Below, piece by piece: positions 13,508 to 26,319 of a stretch of DNA of 64,000 bases. The notes beneath the pieces were generated by a model. It ran no database searches. It had not been told where the DNA came from and saw only the letters and a list, made by a program, of their open reading frames with translations. The stretch spans positions 55,738,001 through 55,802,000 of the forward strand of contig NC_043009.1 of assembly GCF_006345805.1 (NCBI RefSeq), given 5' to 3'. Positions within the stretch are counted from its first letter, which is position 1, and every line of letters begins with the position of its first letter. The DNA is from Octopus sinensis (taxonomy: Eukaryota). The position numbers and the translations under genes were made by a program.

Positions 13508-13830
13508 ATGATGGCAATAATGATGACGATGACAATGATGGTGATGACGACAATGATGATGATGATGATGTTAATGACAATGATGGTGATGATGATGATG
13601 AAAATGATGATGACTGTAATGATAATAATAGTGATGATTATAATGGTGACAATAATAATGGTGATGATGATAATGATGGTGATAATGATGACGATAATGA
13701 TGATAATGGTGATGATGATAATGATGGTGATAATGATGACGATAATGATGATAATGGTGATGATGATAATGATGGTGATAATGATGACGATAATGATGAT
13801 AATGGTGATGATGATAATGATGACAATAGT
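13508..13830. repeat. (ATG/GAT)n-derived repeat with 48-bp higher-order period
   Basis: GAC landmarks at 13690, 13738 and 13786. Confidence 0.9.
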
Positions 13831-14577
13831 GATTAATTAAAAAGGGGGAAGAGAAAAATAAAATTGTATTCTGTTTAGATGTGCAAAGATTCTGATATTT
13901 CCATCTCTTGGGGGGGAAAAAAAACAAAACACAAAAATCCTAACTGTTCTGACAAATGGCATTTGGTGCTGTAAGCTGTAACATTAAACATTTATTAAAT
14001 TTCACTTCTAAACATTAGACAAAATGACAAACAGAATTGAGTGATATTCTCTTGCAGGACATCAAATGTTTTCAGTAAAAAAATTGGCATTAAGGTCTTT
14101 TTTTTTTAATTTGATTTAAGTTTATTTATATTTATTTATATTCTGATCCCCATCCCTTTAATATGTCTGGCATTTTGCCACTATCTCTACCCTGCTGCCT
14201 CCCACTCTCTCTCTCTCTCTCACCTTCTCCTGCATTTCCCTCGTTTATTTATTGGTTTTGTTGCAATGACAATTAGGACAAGCATTTTAAAATGGCAAAA
14301 GGCAATTAATAAGTGTAGCTAGAAGTGTAGGGGTAGGGTTCAAAGGCTTGGAAGGAGCTCTATCTCAGGCAATACTTTTATGGAGGTGGTGGGGATGAAG
14401 GCCAGTAGCACTTTTGGGCCTGTTGTATAAGCCTGCATTGACTGTATTGAAATGTTGGGGCACAGTACACAGTTTTAGATTTAGTGTACCAGGTTCAGTC
14501 AAATTTTTTTTTTTTTTTTTTATATTTCAAGCTTTGATTAATAGTTCAAACAAATTACATATGAAAAACATTTATTC

Positions 14578-14755
14578 ATCTATTATATAAAATCCATTCT
14601 GTCTGTGTGTCTTCTAGGATCTTGGGCATCCTCCATCCGATTGCGCTCAAATTTGATACGTAGATACCGATGGTATCAGGGCATGTATAAGTCTTGAAAA
14701 AATTACAAAAATCGATTCCAGGTGAGAATGTGATCGATAAAACCATGGGAACATG
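14578..14755 (+). mobile_element. Possible Helitron 5' fragment
   Basis: Starts a|TCTATTATATAAAA; no 3' CTAG end found. Confidence 0.35.
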
Positions 14756-14971
14756 CATTTGTAAAATCTTTTTTCTTGGAATAGAAAAAAAAGTCTATCT
14801 TTATTTCTTCTTTTGCTGGTGTTTCAAATTTAGGTTAAATCAGTGTTTCTCAAAGGGGGGGCCTATGGGACAGTCAGACAAGTTGCTTTGAGAAAATTTG
14901 GTTTAAATGTTTGAGAACTCAGCACCGTCCATTGGACAGGGGGCGTTTTGCTCATCAAATGTATATACATA

Positions 14972-15200
14972 TTTCTTTACTACCCACAAGGGGCTAAACA
15001 CAGAGGGGACAAACAAGGACAGACAAACGGATTAAGTCAATTACATCGACCCCAGTACGTAACTGGTACTTATTTAATCGACCCCGAAAGAATGAAAGGC
15101 AAAGTTGACCTCGGCGGAATTTGAACTCAGAACGTACCAGCGGATGAAATACAACAAAGCATTTTGTCTGGCTTGTTAACGTTTCTGCCAGCTCACCGCC
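14972..15200 (-). mobile_element. SINE family S2
   Basis: Colinear match to 47430-47661. Confidence 0.85.
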
Positions 15201-15600
15201 TTTGAATATATATATACCATCATATTCTACTGTCTGTTGCTGTCATTGTTCCAGATGCTCAATTCTACGCTTATACCATTTGGCTGCTTTAGAGGCAAAA
15301 AAACTCCCCGAACATGTTTTCAACTTCATTCACATAGTTGAACCTCTGTCTGTGCAGAAAATGAGCCATGGCTCAGAAAAGGTGGTAATCTGATGATGCA
15401 AGGTCTAGACTGCAGGCAGGCTGAGGCAGCACTTCCAGTCCTTCATTCCTCAAGTTTGCATTTGGTCATATTGGCAGTGTGTATGGGAGCATTTGATATA
15501 ATTTAATAAATTCATCAGATGAGGAGCACCAAACCTATGCTTTTGGAGGTCTGCCGAAACTCATGAAGATGATATGATTGATGTCCATCCTGAACATCTC

Positions 15601-15817
15601 TCTCTTTTACTCTTTTACTCTTTTACTTGTTTCAGTCATTTGACTGCGGCCATGCTGGAGCACCACCTTTAGTCGATCAAATCGACCCCGGGACTTATTC
15701 TTTGTAAGCCAGTACTTATTCTATCGGTCTCTTTTGCGAACCGCTAAGTGACGGGGATGTAAACACACCAGCAATCGGTTGTCAAGCAATGCTAGGGGGA
15801 CAAACACAGACACACAA

Positions 15818-15877
<60 letters not shown>

Positions 15878-16057
15878 TATATTATACATATATACGACAG
15901 GCTTCTTTCAGTTTCCATCGACCAAATCCACTCTCAAGGCATTGGTCGGCCCGGGGCTATAGCAGAAGACACTTGCCCAAGATGCCACGCAGTGGGACTG
16001 AACCCGCAACCATGTGGTTGGTTAGCAAGCTACTTACCACACAGCCACTCCTGCGCC
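15601..16057 (-). mobile_element. SINE family S1 (CORE-like CCTTGGGCAAGTGTCTT, internal TA/CA microsatellite)
   Basis: Reverse complement of 59729-60161; (AGTAAAAG)n tail. Confidence 0.85.
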
Positions 16058-16434
16058 TCTACACTAATGTCTGCAAAAATAAAAAGACAAATATAAAGAG
16101 GGTGTAAACTAGAAATCTGGTCTGAATATTGTTGACAGCATTAACCGCACCAAAGTTACCCAAGAACCGTGTAATGGTATTAAGCCAAGCAACATGTTAA
16201 ATCTATTGCCCAAATACTGAAGACACCCAATGTCTAAATGATTTTAAACTTGACAGTGTGTTAGATATAACATACAAATGTCTTTTAGACACCAAGAACC
16301 TGGTGGCACTATTAAACCAGTTAATGAGTTAGGTTTAACATTTAGATGTTAAAGAAATGCAAGGACCAGAAGATAGTTTTAAATTAAGCTGTGTTGGACC
16401 TACTAGCCATGACTAACTTGTCCTACATGTATAA

Positions 16435-16765
16435 ATATCCCCTTTAGTCATCAATGACCATGGATTACACCAAGAAAGTTCCCCTCTAAGGCACAAGTCG
16501 AGGAAAGGTTGTTTACAGAAGACTAGCAGTCGCCCATGCATACCAGTCTCCCCTCTCCACGCCACTGATGTTATCCAAGGGAAAGGCAAAGGCCGATACA
16601 GCTTGGCACTGGTGATGTCACAACTCATTTTTACTGCTGAGTGAACTGGAGCAACATGAAATAAAGTGTCTTGATCAAGAACACAACACAGCCTGATCTG
16701 GGAATCGAATTCACTGCCCCATGATTGTGAGCTCGATGCTCTAACCACTGGGCTATGCACCTTCA
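16435..16765 (-). mobile_element. SINE related to family S3 (longer variant)
   Basis: tRNA-like head plus shared TTCATGTTGCTCCAGTTCACTCAGC core. Confidence 0.6.
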
Positions 16766-16953
16766 CACACACACACACACTTATATATGTATGTATCATG
16801 CCAGCATGGAAGATGGACGTTAAACAATGATGATGATACATACATACATACATACATACATACATAACATACATACATACATAACATACATACATACATA
16901 CATACATACATACATAACATACAACATACATACGTACAGACAGACAGACAGAT

Positions 16954-17013
<60 letters not shown>

Positions 17014-17299
17014 TTATATAATAGATTTTTGAATGATAAACTTGTGGGAATTTTGTGGGTTTGCAGTAAAATGGGATTAAAATGAAAATGAATCCAGAAC
17101 TTCTAAAAAACGAAAAGCAAAACACAAACATGCATGTCTGTGTGGGTAAGGAGCTTGCTTTGCAACCATGTAGTTTTAGGTTCAGTTCCACTGTATGGTG
17201 CCTTGGTCAAGTGTTTTCTACTATAGCTCCAGGCTTGTGACTTGTGAGTGAATTTGTTAGAAGGAAAATGTGGAAATCTGTCATATATATTTATATATA

Positions 17300-17530
17300 C
17301 CTATTTCTTTATTACCCACAAGGGGCTAAACACAGAGGGGACAAACAAGGACAGACATAGGTATTAAGTCGATTACATTGACCCCAGTGCGTAACTGGTA
17401 CTTAATTTATCGACCCCGAAAGGATGAAAAGCAAAGTTGACCTCGGCGGAATTTGAACTCACAACGTGACGCACATGAAATATCGCTAAGCATTTTGCCC
17501 AGCGTGCTAACGTTTCTGCCAGCTCGCTGC
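17300..17530 (-). mobile_element. SINE family S2 nested within a decayed family S1 SINE (about 17140-17760)
   Basis: Colinear match to 47430-47661; S1 halves on both sides. Confidence 0.8.
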
Positions 17531-18108
17531 CTTATATATTTATATATACCTGTGTGTGTGTGTCTTTGTGTTTGTGTTTGTCCAGTGTTAGTTTGTTTAC
17601 ATCCCCATCACTTTGCAGTCTGGCAAAAGAGGTAACAGAAAGAGGTAACAGAATAAGTATCAGGCTTAAAAAATAAGTACTAGGGTAAAATTTGTTCAAC
17701 TAAAACACTTTAAGGCGATGCTCCAGCATGGCTGCAGTCCAATGACTGAAACAAGTAAAGGGTAATAAGCAAAATACTGAACTCTATCCAGAAACATAAT
17801 GCCAGCCTTGCTCTGGATTTGACATCAAGACCAACAGGCTGGCAGACTCAAGGTGCCTCCAGACTTTATTATTGTTAGCAACAAAGAAATAAATCTTTCA
17901 CTGAAATTCCTTTCAGATGAATTGGATTTATTATTCTTTTGTTCGTTTTCTTTTTTATTTTTCTAGTTTTCTTTTTTCTTTTTCTTTTTTGGTTTTTGGT
18001 TTTTGGCAGGAGTGTCAAAAATAATAGGAAATTAACTCTAAATGCTTTCTGGAAATCTCTTTTTATATTGGAGGATATGATTGTTTTCCAGAAGAAAAAG
18101 ATGATGAT

Positions 18109-18142
<34 letters not shown>

Positions 18143-18273
18143 GGGATATAGAATGTATGTTTGTATGTATGTCTGTTTGCATGTGTGTGTGTATGTATGT
18201 ATGTATGTATGTATGTATGTATGCATGCATGCATGTATGTATGCATGCATGTATGTATGTGTGTGTATATATG

Positions 18274-18308
<35 letters not shown>

Positions 18309-19324
18309 CAGAGGTTGGACAAAGTAATGGAAACACCTAGTATCATACCATCATAATTTTGAAATATCTATAAAACTGTCAAACGCTTGATGTTTTGCTA
18401 AAATTGTTGTTTCTTTTCAGATATCATTAAAACAAAGGTAATTAAAATTTATTAAAATGACAGATCTATCGGACTTTCAAAGAGGTCAAATTGTTGGTGC
18501 TCGTATGGCTGGTACTAGCATAATGAAACCAGCCACAATGTTTGGTGTATCAAGACGCACTGTCTCAAAAGTAATGACAGTCTTTGAGAAAGAGGGAAAA
18601 ACCTCCTCGTCAAAAGAAAATTCTGGAAGAAAATCAAAATTTTCAGATAGGGACCATCAGACTATTACGCAAATTGTTAGAAAGGATCCCAAAAGTACAG
18701 TTCCCAAAATTACTGCAGAGCTTAACCACCACCTCGAGAACCCAGTTTCCACAAAAACTGTTTGCCAGGAGCTGCTCAAAGCCAGATTTCATGGGAGGGC
18801 TGCAATCAGAAAACCACCACTTTCAAAAACAAACATTGCAAAGCATTTAGAGTGGAATAAAAACCTACAGAATTGGTCCCTAGAGCAGTGGAAAAATGTT
18901 ATTTTCTTGGACAAGTCATCCTTTACCTTATTTCAAACCAATGGTCGAGTATACATGTGGAGACTGCCAAAACAAGCATTTGACCCAGACTGCCTTCTTC
19001 CAACTGTTAAACATGGAGGAAGATCTGTGATTAGTTGAGTGAGAGACCAACAAAATACCTTGTAACACCAAAGATGAACTGAAGGCAAGGATTATGGCAG
19101 CTTTCACCAACTTAAACAAGGAAACTGTCCACAAGAGCTGCAGGAGATTCCAAAGTTGTTTTGAGGCCATGGTCTAAGCCAATGGTAATTTTATTGAATA
19201 AATTTAATCTTTAGTATTTCAAGATATTTTTATGTAATTTAGGTAAATATATCTGTTAAAATGAGATGTCAGTGTTATTGTCATTTTTGCGTAATTTTGG
19301 CAACAATTTATTCACCGCACCCTG
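18309..19324 (+). mobile_element. Chimeric Tc1/mariner relic (HTH-DDE N-terminal part 18457-19038 joined to another family's C-terminus)
   Basis: MTDLSDFQRGQIVGAR...WKNVIFLDKSSF...TVKHGGRSV; then PCNTKDELKARI...ANGNFIE*; TA on both sides, termini not mutually inverted. Confidence 0.8.
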
Positions 19325-19339
19325 TATATGTGTGTGTGC

Positions 19340-19432
<93 letters not shown>

Positions 19433-19879
19433 CATATATATGTATGTACATGAAGAAGGAGAGAGAGAGAGCGAGAGACAGAGAGTAGTAAAGATAAAAC
19501 ACAAACAAATGAACAAGTTATAAATATATGTATGTGTTTATGTGTATACATATATGCATACATACATATATTTGCACACACACACACACACACACATAAA
19601 TATGTATACATACATATTTACAAACATATATTTACATACACACACACGCGCGCGCATGCATATGAAATTCAGGTAATATTACATCTGATGATGTAAGATT
19701 ATAGGTATAAACAATTAGTGCTCAGGTTGACTTGCTACCTAAAACTCCAACTTGAAATGCAACTATAAATGCAAGAATGTTATAACTGCCTAATGAAGAC
19801 TGGCTATAGGCAATGTTTCAATTGTACTGACACACATATAATAAAATAAAAGTACAAACAGGCAAACAACTCACTTTCT

Positions 19880-19964
19880 TCTACTGATGGAGTAGATTAC
19901 TGCCGGTGGAATGCTTGCATGGAATTGCACTATTTGCACATCTATTCTTGAAACAGCTGTAAGG
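19880..19964 (+). ncRNA. Decayed long-stem-II hammerhead-like motif
   Basis: CUGAUGG...AGUAGAU/AUCUAUU stem...GAAACAGCUGUA; same stem III/cleavage string as 36605-36731, but A9 position and stem I are imperfect. Confidence 0.4.
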
Positions 19965-20315
19965 TATTACCTGCATATTGTCTTCATTCTTATCAGCCAG
20001 CTTTGGATTCTACCTACAATAACCTGCTTTGTTTGCTATCTAATACTAATAATATGGACTTACCTTATTAATGATCTGGGAGAATGCTATCATATATCAC
20101 AACTATTATGAACATTCTTCTTGTTGACCTTTTATTGATCTCTTGTAATCTAAACTCCAATAGCATTTACATCTATCCTCAAGTTTTGTCAATATATAAA
20201 TAGATAAATATCTTAATCTCACCTGATTCCAGTTTGTTTGTTTGTAACTTTATTCTTTTGCATTATATGTAAATATTTATGTATGTATGTATGCATGTAT
20301 GTATGTATGTATGTA

Positions 20316-20346
<31 letters not shown>

Positions 20347-20555
20347 ATATATCTGGTCATGGATATATATACATACATACACACATACATAAATATATAA
20401 ACTGTTAAGAGTAGATATTAGACCTTTATCTTGGCTATATATATATATATATATATATATATAAGTGTATATATTATATTTTGTGAAATTTGATTTAGTA
20501 TTTCTAAATTGAATTTTTCCCTGTAAGTTTGGAATAATATTTCCACATATTATTA

Positions 20556-20655
20556 NNNNNNNNNNNNNNNNNNNNNNNNNNNNNNNNNNNNNNNNNNNNN
20601 NNNNNNNNNNNNNNNNNNNNNNNNNNNNNNNNNNNNNNNNNNNNNNNNNNNNNNN
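20556..20655. other. Assembly gap (100 N)
   Basis: Run of exactly 100 N. Confidence 1.
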
Positions 20656-23393
20656 TTCGAACTTTAGGTCTCACCAAGGAAATGACTGAAGACCGAGTCC
20701 TATGGAAGTGTGCTGTGCATGAGAGGGACCAGGCAGGCAGGACTAGTCAGGCCATATCCCGTGGCCCCTACTGGGACGTAGTCAATCCACCTGTGCATAC
20801 CTTCCTTCTTGTGACACTTGTGAAGACCTGCTGAGGCAAGTGAATCAATCAAATAGATGAACATAAATGGAATTTGTATCTTTGTGGTACCAGTGCCTGT
20901 GGCACACAAGAAGAAAACCATCCGAACGTGGGCCGTAGCCAGTACCCATCGACTGGCCTCCGTGCTGTGGGAACATGGTGGCACATTAAAAAACACCATC
21001 CGAAGACCCGGCAAGACTAGTCAGGTCATAACCCGTGGGCCCTACCTGGGACGTAGTCAGTCCACCTGTAACATACCTTCCGACTTGTGAAGACCTGCTG
21101 AGGCAAGTGAAAACAATCAAATCAAAACAAATCAAAATAGATGAACATCAATGGAATTTGTATCCTTGTGGTACCAGTGCCAGTGGCACACAGAATCCAT
21201 CCGAACGTGGCCGTAGTCAGTACCGTTGTGGTACCAGTGCCGGTGGCACACAAGATCCATCAAACGTGGCCGTCGTTAGTCAGTACCGCTTGTGGGACCA
21301 GTGCCGGTGCACACAAAATCCATCATCCGAACGGGCCCCGTAGTCAGTACCGCATCACTGGCCATCGTGCTGTGGGCACATAACAAACACCATCGGTCGT
21401 GGCCGTTCGCCAGCCTCATCTAGCACCTGTGTCGGTGGCACATAAAAAGTAGTCAGTACCGCTTGTGGTACCAGTGCCGGTGGCACACAAGAATCCATCC
21501 GAACATGCCGTAGTCAGTTACCGCATCACTGGCCATCGTGCTGTGGGCACATAACAAACACCATCCGGTCGTGGCCGTTCGCCAGCCTCATCTAGCACCT
21601 GTGTCGGTGGCACATAAAAACACCTTCCGAAGACCCGGCCAGACTGTCAGGCCATAAACCATGGCCCCTACCTGGGACGTAGTCAGTCCACCTGTGCATA
21701 CCTTCCTCCTTTGTGATACTTGGGAAGGCCTGTGTTGAGGCAAGTGAAAATCAAAATCAAAATCAAATCAAAACAAATCAAAATAGATGAACATCAATGG
21801 AATTTGTATCGTGTTGGTACCAGTGCCGGTGGCACACAAGAGAAAAACCTCCGAAAGTGGCCGTAGCCAGTAACGCATCGACTGGCCTCCGTTCTGTGGG
21901 CACATGACAAACACCATCCGATCGTGGACCGTTCGCCAGCCACATCTAGCACCTGTGTCGGGTGGCACATAAAAAACACCATCCGAAGGACCCGGCAAGA
22001 CTAGTCAGGCCATAACCCATGGCCCCTACCTGGGACGTAGTCAGTCCACCTGTGCATACCTTCCTTCTTGTGACACTTGTGAAGACCTGTTGAGGCAAGT
22101 GAAAATCAAATCAAAACAAATAAAATAGATGAACATCAATGGAATCTGTATCTTTGTGGTACCAGTGCCGGGGCACACACTTTGTGGTACCAGTGGGTGC
22201 ACACAGAGAACCTTGCCATCCGAACGTGGCCGTAGCCAGTTCCGCATCGACCGGCCTCCGTGCTGTGGGCACGTAACAAACACCATCCGATCATGGCCGT
22301 TCGCCAGCCTCATCTGGCACCTGTGTCGGTGGCACATAAAAACACCTTCCGAAGACCCGGCAAGACTAGTCAGTCCACCTGTGCATACCTTCCTTCCTTT
22401 GTGACACTTGTGAAGACCGGTTGAGGCAAGTGAAAATCAAATCAAATCAAATCAAAATAGACAAATAGATGAACATCAATGGAATTTGTATCTTGTGGTA
22501 CCAGTGCCTGTGGCACACAAGAAATCCATCAGTGCCGTAGTCAGTGCGGTGGGCACATGACAAACACATCCGATCGTGGCCGTTTCGCAGCCTCATCTAG
22601 CACCTGTGTCGGTGGCACATAAAAACACCATCCGAAGACCCGGCAAGACTAGTCAGGCCATAACCCATGGCCCCTACCTGGGACGTAGTCAGTCCACCTG
22701 TGCATACCTTCCTTCTTGTGACACTTGTGAAGACCTGTTGAGGCAAGTGAAAATCAAATCAAATAAAACAAATCAAAATAGATGAACATCAATGGAATTT
22801 GTACCTTGTGGTACAGTGCCGGTGGCACGTGGCACATAAGAGAAAACCATCCGAACGTGCCGTAGCCAGTACCGCCATCGACTGGCCTCCGTGCTGGGGG
22901 CACGTAACAAGCACCATCCGATCGTGGTTTTTTGCCAGCCTCATCTGGCACCTGTGTCGGTGGCAATAAAAACACCATCCGAGCGTGGCCGTCTGCCAGC
23001 CTCGTCTGGCACCTGTGTCGGTGGCACATAAAAACACCATCCGAGCGTGGCCTCTGCCAGCCTCGTCTGGCACCTGTGTCGGTTTGGCGGCACATAAAAA
23101 ACACCATCCGAGCGTGGCCGTCTGCCAGCCTCGTCTGGCACCTGTGTCGGTGGCACATAAAAAAAACCCATCCGAGCGTGGCCGTTTGTCAGCCTCGTCT
23201 GGCACCTGTGTCGGTGGCACATAAAATCACCCACTACACTCTCGGAGTGGTTGGCGTTAGGAGGGCATCCAGTCGAGAACACTCTGCCAGATCTGACTGG
23301 GACTGGTGCAGCTTTCGGGCCCCCAGACCCCCAGTTGAACCGTCCAACCCATGCTAGCAGGAAATCGGACGTTAAATGATGATGATGAGGATG
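20656..23393 (+). mobile_element. Same RTE LINE family with tandemly amplified 3' UTR
   Basis: RTLGLTKEMTEDRVLWKCAVHE right after the gap, then six ~310-340-bp units, ~60-bp subunits and a (GAT)n tail. Confidence 0.75.
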
Positions 23394-23424
<31 letters not shown>

Positions 23425-23426
23425 AT

Positions 23427-23459
<33 letters not shown>

Positions 23460-23697
23460 TGGCGTTAAGAAGGGCATCCTTGGCGTTAGGAAGGGCATCC
23501 AGCCGTTAGAAACATTCCCAGATCAGACTCGGCCTGGTGCAGCCTTCTGGCTTCCAGACCCCAGTTGAACCGTCCAACCCAGCTAGCATGGAAAGCGACG
23601 CTAAAAACGATGAAGATGATGATTGATGATATATTATATTGTGTTGTGTGTGTGTGTGTGTAGAAGGTTGAAAAGGAACACACGAGTTGATCTATTA

Positions 23698-24246
23698 TGG
23701 GAAAAAAAAGTCAAGCTAGAAATGCTAAAATAATTTTTATAATAACATTTCAGTACCGGTTTCAGTCATTAGACTTTTCCCACTGTAATTATGGAAAACA
23801 AATTTTGGAAAATTAAAAGAAAATTTTTTTAAAAGAATATTTGCATAGTGTTCAAATGCAAGTGGCGTTTTCACTTGTATTCGAACACTATGCAAATATT
23901 CTTTTCAAAAACTATTCTTTTAATTTTTCCCAAAATTAATTGTTTTCCATACTTACAGTTGAAAAAGTCTTAATGACTGAAACCGGTACTGAAATTATGG
24001 AGATGTACTTGCATAGCGAGTGACTTGATCTGAGATCGTGTGCTGGAACGAAAACAATTGTAGTGTGGAAGGTGTTTATAAGCCATTTAAGAAACACACA
24101 AAAACCATTAGATTCACTTCAACATTTAAATTTAATTTGTCAAAATATTTTCGTCGCTTTGAGACCATGACCTGTTCACTGACAAAACTTCATGCTAATG
24201 TTTTTTATAAAATTATTTTAGCATTTTTGATCGTGACTTTTTTCCA
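23698..24246. mobile_element. Tc1/mariner-type MITE (TA TSD, ~50-bp TIRs) containing a 247-bp foldback
   Basis: 23698-23749 inverse of 24197-24246; TA at 23696-23697 and 24247-24248; inner arms 23748-23865 and 23873-23994. Confidence 0.8.
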
Positions 24247-24264
24247 TATACATATATATATATT

Positions 24265-24478
24265 TTCAAAATGTGACCTCGTGTGTACCATTGGCGATTT
24301 TTTTCCTCTGTCTTCCCTTCTCTGGATCTTTCCTTCTCCTATGTTTCCGATGAAGAGCTCCGCTCGAAACGTTAAACCCTCCTTCTTCCCTTTCTTCCTG
24401 AGCATCCAATAATACTATATTTGTTCTACGTCCTCGTGTTGTTGTGTTTTTTTGTGCTTTCTTGTTTGGATTAACTAA
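24265..24478 (+). mobile_element. Non-autonomous hammerhead-bearing repeat (Penelope pLTR/retrozyme-like), copy 1
   Basis: ~215-bp unit shared with 26551-26769 and 35972-36174; bounded by (TA)n; no ORF. Confidence 0.6.
24343..24377 (+). ncRNA. Minimal type I hammerhead-like motif
   Basis: GUUU-CCGAUGA-A-GAGC(UCC)GCUC-GAAACGUU-AAAC: stem I GUUU/AAAC, stem II 4 bp, palindromic ACGU stem III. Confidence 0.65.
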
Positions 24479-25030
24479 CTATATATATATATACACACAC
24501 ATCATCATCATCATCATCATCGTCATCATCATTTAACGTACACTTTCCATACTGACATGGGTTGGATAGGTTTAGCAGGAGCTGGCAAGGCAGAAGACAG
24601 CACCAGGCTTCAGTGTTTGTTTTGTAATGGATTTTATGGCTGGATGCCCTTCCTAACACCAACTATATATACATATGTATGTACACAAACATGCGTATAC
24701 AGAAATGCAACAGGATTCTTTCAGGTTCCTTCTACTAAATTCACTCACAAGCTTTTGGTTGGTACCTGGCTATAGATGAAGAGACTTGCCCAAGGAACCA
24801 CATAGTAAGGCTGAACCTGAGGCCATGGGGTTGAGAAGCAAACTTCTTAAGTACACAACCATAGAAAAACACAATTCTAGTTTGGTGAAGATAAAGAATA
24901 TCCACACTTGGTGTTTAGGGTTAGGATTAGGGCTTAGGGCTAAGGTTAGGTTTAGGGATAGGGTTATGGTTATGCCAAAAATGGGTGGTGTGCATATTCT
25001 TTACCTCTGTTGTATGTTTCATTATACACT

Positions 25031-25264
25031 TACTCTTTTACTTGATTCAGTCATTTGACTGTAGCCATGCTGGAGCACCGCCTTTAGTTGAGCAAATCGA
25101 CCTCAGGACTTATTCTTTGTAAGCCTAGTACTTGTTCTATCGGTCTCTTTTGCCGAACCACTAAATTACGGGGACATAAACACACCAGCATCAGTTGTCA
25201 AGCAATGTTAGGGGGACAAACACAGACACACAAACATATACACATGCACGTACACACACACAAA

Positions 25265-25337
<73 letters not shown>

Positions 25338-25500
25338 ACATATACGACGGGCTTCTTTCAGTTTCTGTCTACCAAATCCACTCACAAGACTTTAATCAAC
25401 CCAAGGCTGTAGTAGAAGACACTTACCCAAGGTGCCATACAGTGGGACTGAACCCAGAACTATGTAAGCAAGCTACTTACCACACACCCACTCCTACGTC
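25031..25500 (-). mobile_element. SINE family S1
   Basis: Colinear with 15601-16057. Confidence 0.85.
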
Positions 25501-26008
25501 AGGTTGAAAAACTTTTTAAAGTAATTTCGTAGGTGGAAACTACACCAATGCAAGTGTCATATATAAAGCACTTATGCTGGTGTGACATAAAAGCCATCCA
25601 GTACACTCAGTTCAATGGGTAGTAACAGAAAGTTGGTGCCTGGACAGCTCTCTGGCTGGTCAGCTCTTGTCAAACCGTCCAACTCATGCCTGCATAGAAA
25701 TCACACATTAAATGATGATAATGCTGATGATGATGAAAGTGTATACTGATGTGCTTGTAAATACAATATCATGATAGTATACTAGGATAAAGTATGAAAC
25801 TATAAATTTATCATGAATAAACTACATTATAGGAGCACCGTATTTCATATGTAGACACTCTACCTCAACAAATTCTCTGACCCATATATGTGTATATATA
25901 TATATATATATAGGGAAGCTTTATGAAAATAGACAAAAGACGAAGGCAGGTGGAAAACAAACAAACAATTGTATTAGTATGGCGCTCAGGAAATATAAAT
26001 AAAACAAG

Positions 26009-26046
26009 TCTTTAATGTTTCGAGCCTACGCTCTTCAACAGAAAGA
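26009..26046 (-). ncRNA. Minimal type I hammerhead-like motif, second subfamily (core mutated)
   Basis: UCUUU-CUGUUGA-A-GAGC(GUAG)GCUC-GAAACAUU-AAAGA: 5-bp stem I; A6>U and CpG-decayed stem III. Confidence 0.6.
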
Positions 26047-26319
26047 TACACAGAGAAAAAAAACACAGAAAGAAGGAGAGAAAAAAATATGCGTGCAGTA
26101 ACTAACGAATCAACATGGCGATCTGATTTCGGCCAGAAGTCAAAGATCAAACATGAGACGCGAGAGCGAAATTAGGGGAGATAATAGGGTTGAATGACCT
26201 ACTCCAACATAAGGGTGTGTGTGTGTGTGTGTGTGTATGAGAGAGTATTAGTGCGTATGAGAGGTCTGGACGTGTGTATGTATATATGATGTGATGTGTA
26301 AAGTCGTGTGGTGTAGTGT

